Source: Bugula neritina (lineage: Eukaryota > Animalia > Bryozoa). From it: 37,478 nucleotides of DNA. The notes under the pieces are model-generated. The model saw nothing but the letters and a program-made list of their open reading frames with translations. It had not been told where the DNA came from and ran no database searches. Numbering within the stretch: the first letter of the stretch is position 1; each line of letters opens with the position of its first letter. This document shows, piece by piece, positions 36,921-37,478 of the stretch. The stretch spans positions 63,968 through 101,445 of the forward strand of contig CAXIUT010000037.1 of NCBI GenBank assembly GCA_964035545.1, in the 5' to 3' direction. The translations under genes were made by a program, and so were the position numbers.

Positions 36921-37478
36921 TCATTTTATGGTACCTTCTAAGAGTATTTTCGTTACGAAGTTCATCAATTATTCTCTCTTTACTTCTCCATTTTAAATTA
37001 TTACTTTAAGGAGATTAATCATTGGTTCAAAGTTAAAGCCAACCATTGCTTTTTTATCTGCTTATAGATATTTCAAACTTCTTGGTAAAAATTATAGATT
37101 TTCAATCATATTAGAGGACATTTTTAAACTCTATAACTTTTTAAGTTTAGAAAAGTCAATTGTTTTTATTTAGTTATCATTAATTTAAAGATTATTTAGT
37201 GATTTAAGATTTGAAACATCTAATTATTAAAGTTTGTTTTAAAACAAAAATAATTCTTCAAGATTTGATAGCTTTGAAAGGTCAACTTTTGTAAATTCAT
37301 TATTAGCTAGATCAGCAAAAATAAGATTTGAATTACAAGATAAATCAATATCAGTGAGTCGATTAGAACCAACTTAAATTCTTTAAAGAGCTGTGAGTCT
37401 TGATAGATTAATAGATGATAGTTTATTATTCCAAAAGGAAAGGCTTGTTAAATTTGGTGATAATAATTACTTATTAAC
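36921..37478 (-). CDS. Leucine-rich repeat protein (3' part; runs off the window)
   Basis: 21-aa repeats, e.g. LEELFLFENKLEELDVSNLKSLNNLEINDNEIKTIDFSKLKK; one frame break near 37090. Confidence 0.8.

Overview
AT-rich, very gene-dense ciliate macronuclear DNA. Conserved motifs show that TAA and TAG both encode Glu and TGA is the only stop (NCBI table 30, peritrich nuclear code), so the supplied standard-code ORF track is fragmented and mostly misleading. The window opens with a (CCCCAA)n telomere and has three internal (TTGGGG)n tracts at about 11.5, 19.7 and 26.5 kb. Bases 1-11589 look like a complete two-telomere ~11.6 kb minichromosome carrying 7 protein genes and a 5S rRNA gene. The later pieces are joined head-to-tail to telomeres, apparently inside genes, most likely a read or assembly concatemer; the pieces after 19740 carry homopolymer indels. 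I reconstructed 27 protein genes by hand, with introns mostly exactly 20 nt and stops almost always TGA-T. The most notable genes are a stand-alone Rap1 C-terminal (RCT) domain protein, an ATG8-like protein with a C-terminal transmembrane helix, an RBR ligase lacking its catalytic Cys, a 47-aa PNRC/Edc1-like microprotein, a myristoylatable half-centrin, and a DENN GEF next to a tandem Rab2-like pair. All protein calls come from manual translation and motif recognition, with no database searches.
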